Virus record (IMG/VR): IMGVR_UViG_3300044716_001642
Location: 1 to 64,000 of that record
Origin: a virus
DNA: 64,000 bases
Strand: one strand, 5' to 3'
Shown: piece after piece, positions 63,535-64,000 of the stretch
How the letters are laid out: every line of letters begins with the position of its first letter
Position numbering within the stretch: the first letter of the stretch is position 1
Translations under genes and position numbers: made by a program
Notes under the pieces: model-generated
Databases searched by the model: none
Seen by the model: the letters and a program-made list of their open reading frames with translations, nothing else
What the model was told of the DNA's origin: nothing

Positions 63535-63867
63535 TTACACTAACTCCAGCCAATTTGTATCATCTGGCATTATTTCTACCTTCACTCCGGCTTCTTTGGA
63601 TTTTTCTATAATGTCATGTAAAACTCCGTGACCGTACATATTGGTTCCATAAGCATCTGTGTGACATTTATAAACAGAACCAGAATAGCCTTCAAACAAA
63701 TAGAAATTTTCTTCTTGTGTGGCTCTTGTGATGCCGCTATTCATCTTCCAAGAATCGCCATTCAAATAACCTCCATACCAACAAGCAAATACTTTATAAG
63801 TCAAAGGAAATTTTCCTCCCTCGATCTTAACAACTAGCCATTTATGAGGAATGTATTCGTTATTCAT
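63535..63867 (-). CDS. Hypothetical phage protein
   Basis: WLVVKI, YKVFACWYGGYLNGDSWKMNSGI, GYSGSVYKC. Confidence 0.75.
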   Translation of the reverse strand: MNNEYIPHKWLVVKIEGGKFPLTYKVFACWYGGYLNGDSWKMNSGITRATQEENFYLFEGYSGSVYKCHTDAYGTNMYGHGVLHDIIEKSKEAGVKVEIMPDDTNWLELV

Positions 63868-64000
63868 TTAATGAAGATTCTTCTAATGCTTTTTTTGCAA
63901 CATTTTTATACCATTCGACGTTATTAAATGGTTCTTTATCAGAAGGAGCAAGGGCAATTTCATTCAATGCTTCTTGAAGAATAAAATATTGTTTGGTAAC

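Noticed and set aside
1-64000. Stop-codon reassignment or suppressor tRNA
   Set aside because: Conserved genes (ThyX, Glf, RuvB, UvsE, rIIA) are full length in code 11; no CTA/TCA/TTA anticodons found.

Overview
This is a 64-kb segment of a large, AT-rich lytic dsDNA bacteriophage; the host cannot be identified from sequence. It reads in the standard genetic code and carries T4-type rIIA/rIIB, RuvB, ThyX, 10 tRNAs and four homing-type endonucleases. Four modules are visible. (1) 1-2.7 kb: end of a virion module (fibre-like protein, S8 protease). (2) ~3.2-23.7 kb: an early/accessory region of short promoter-gene cassettes punctuated by 16 copies of a 67-bp element (25-bp palindrome / 17-bp GGGCCC-N3-GGGCCC core / 25-bp palindrome). 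Element orientation follows transcription and flips at ~14.7 kb. The first seven copies carry sigma54-like TGGCAC(G)-N4-TTG(C/A) boxes at a 33-bp period, followed by sigma70-like, mostly leaderless promoters. (3) An RNA locus at 11.1-11.9 kb and tRNA clusters at 26-27 and 31.4-31.7 kb. (4) 24-64 kb: metabolic, glycosylation and nucleotide genes plus many small hypothetical ORFs. The most striking observation is an RNA at 11539-11721 that reproduces the 23S rRNA L11-binding/GTPase-associated centre (E. coli 1052-1108) with five compensatory base-pair changes and a 126-nt insertion. Next to it are a second, unassigned ~260-nt structured RNA and an initiator-like tRNA with a long variable arm. 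A tRNA-Ser with the anticodon ACT also occurs. Family assignments come from motif recognition by eye; no database searches were run.
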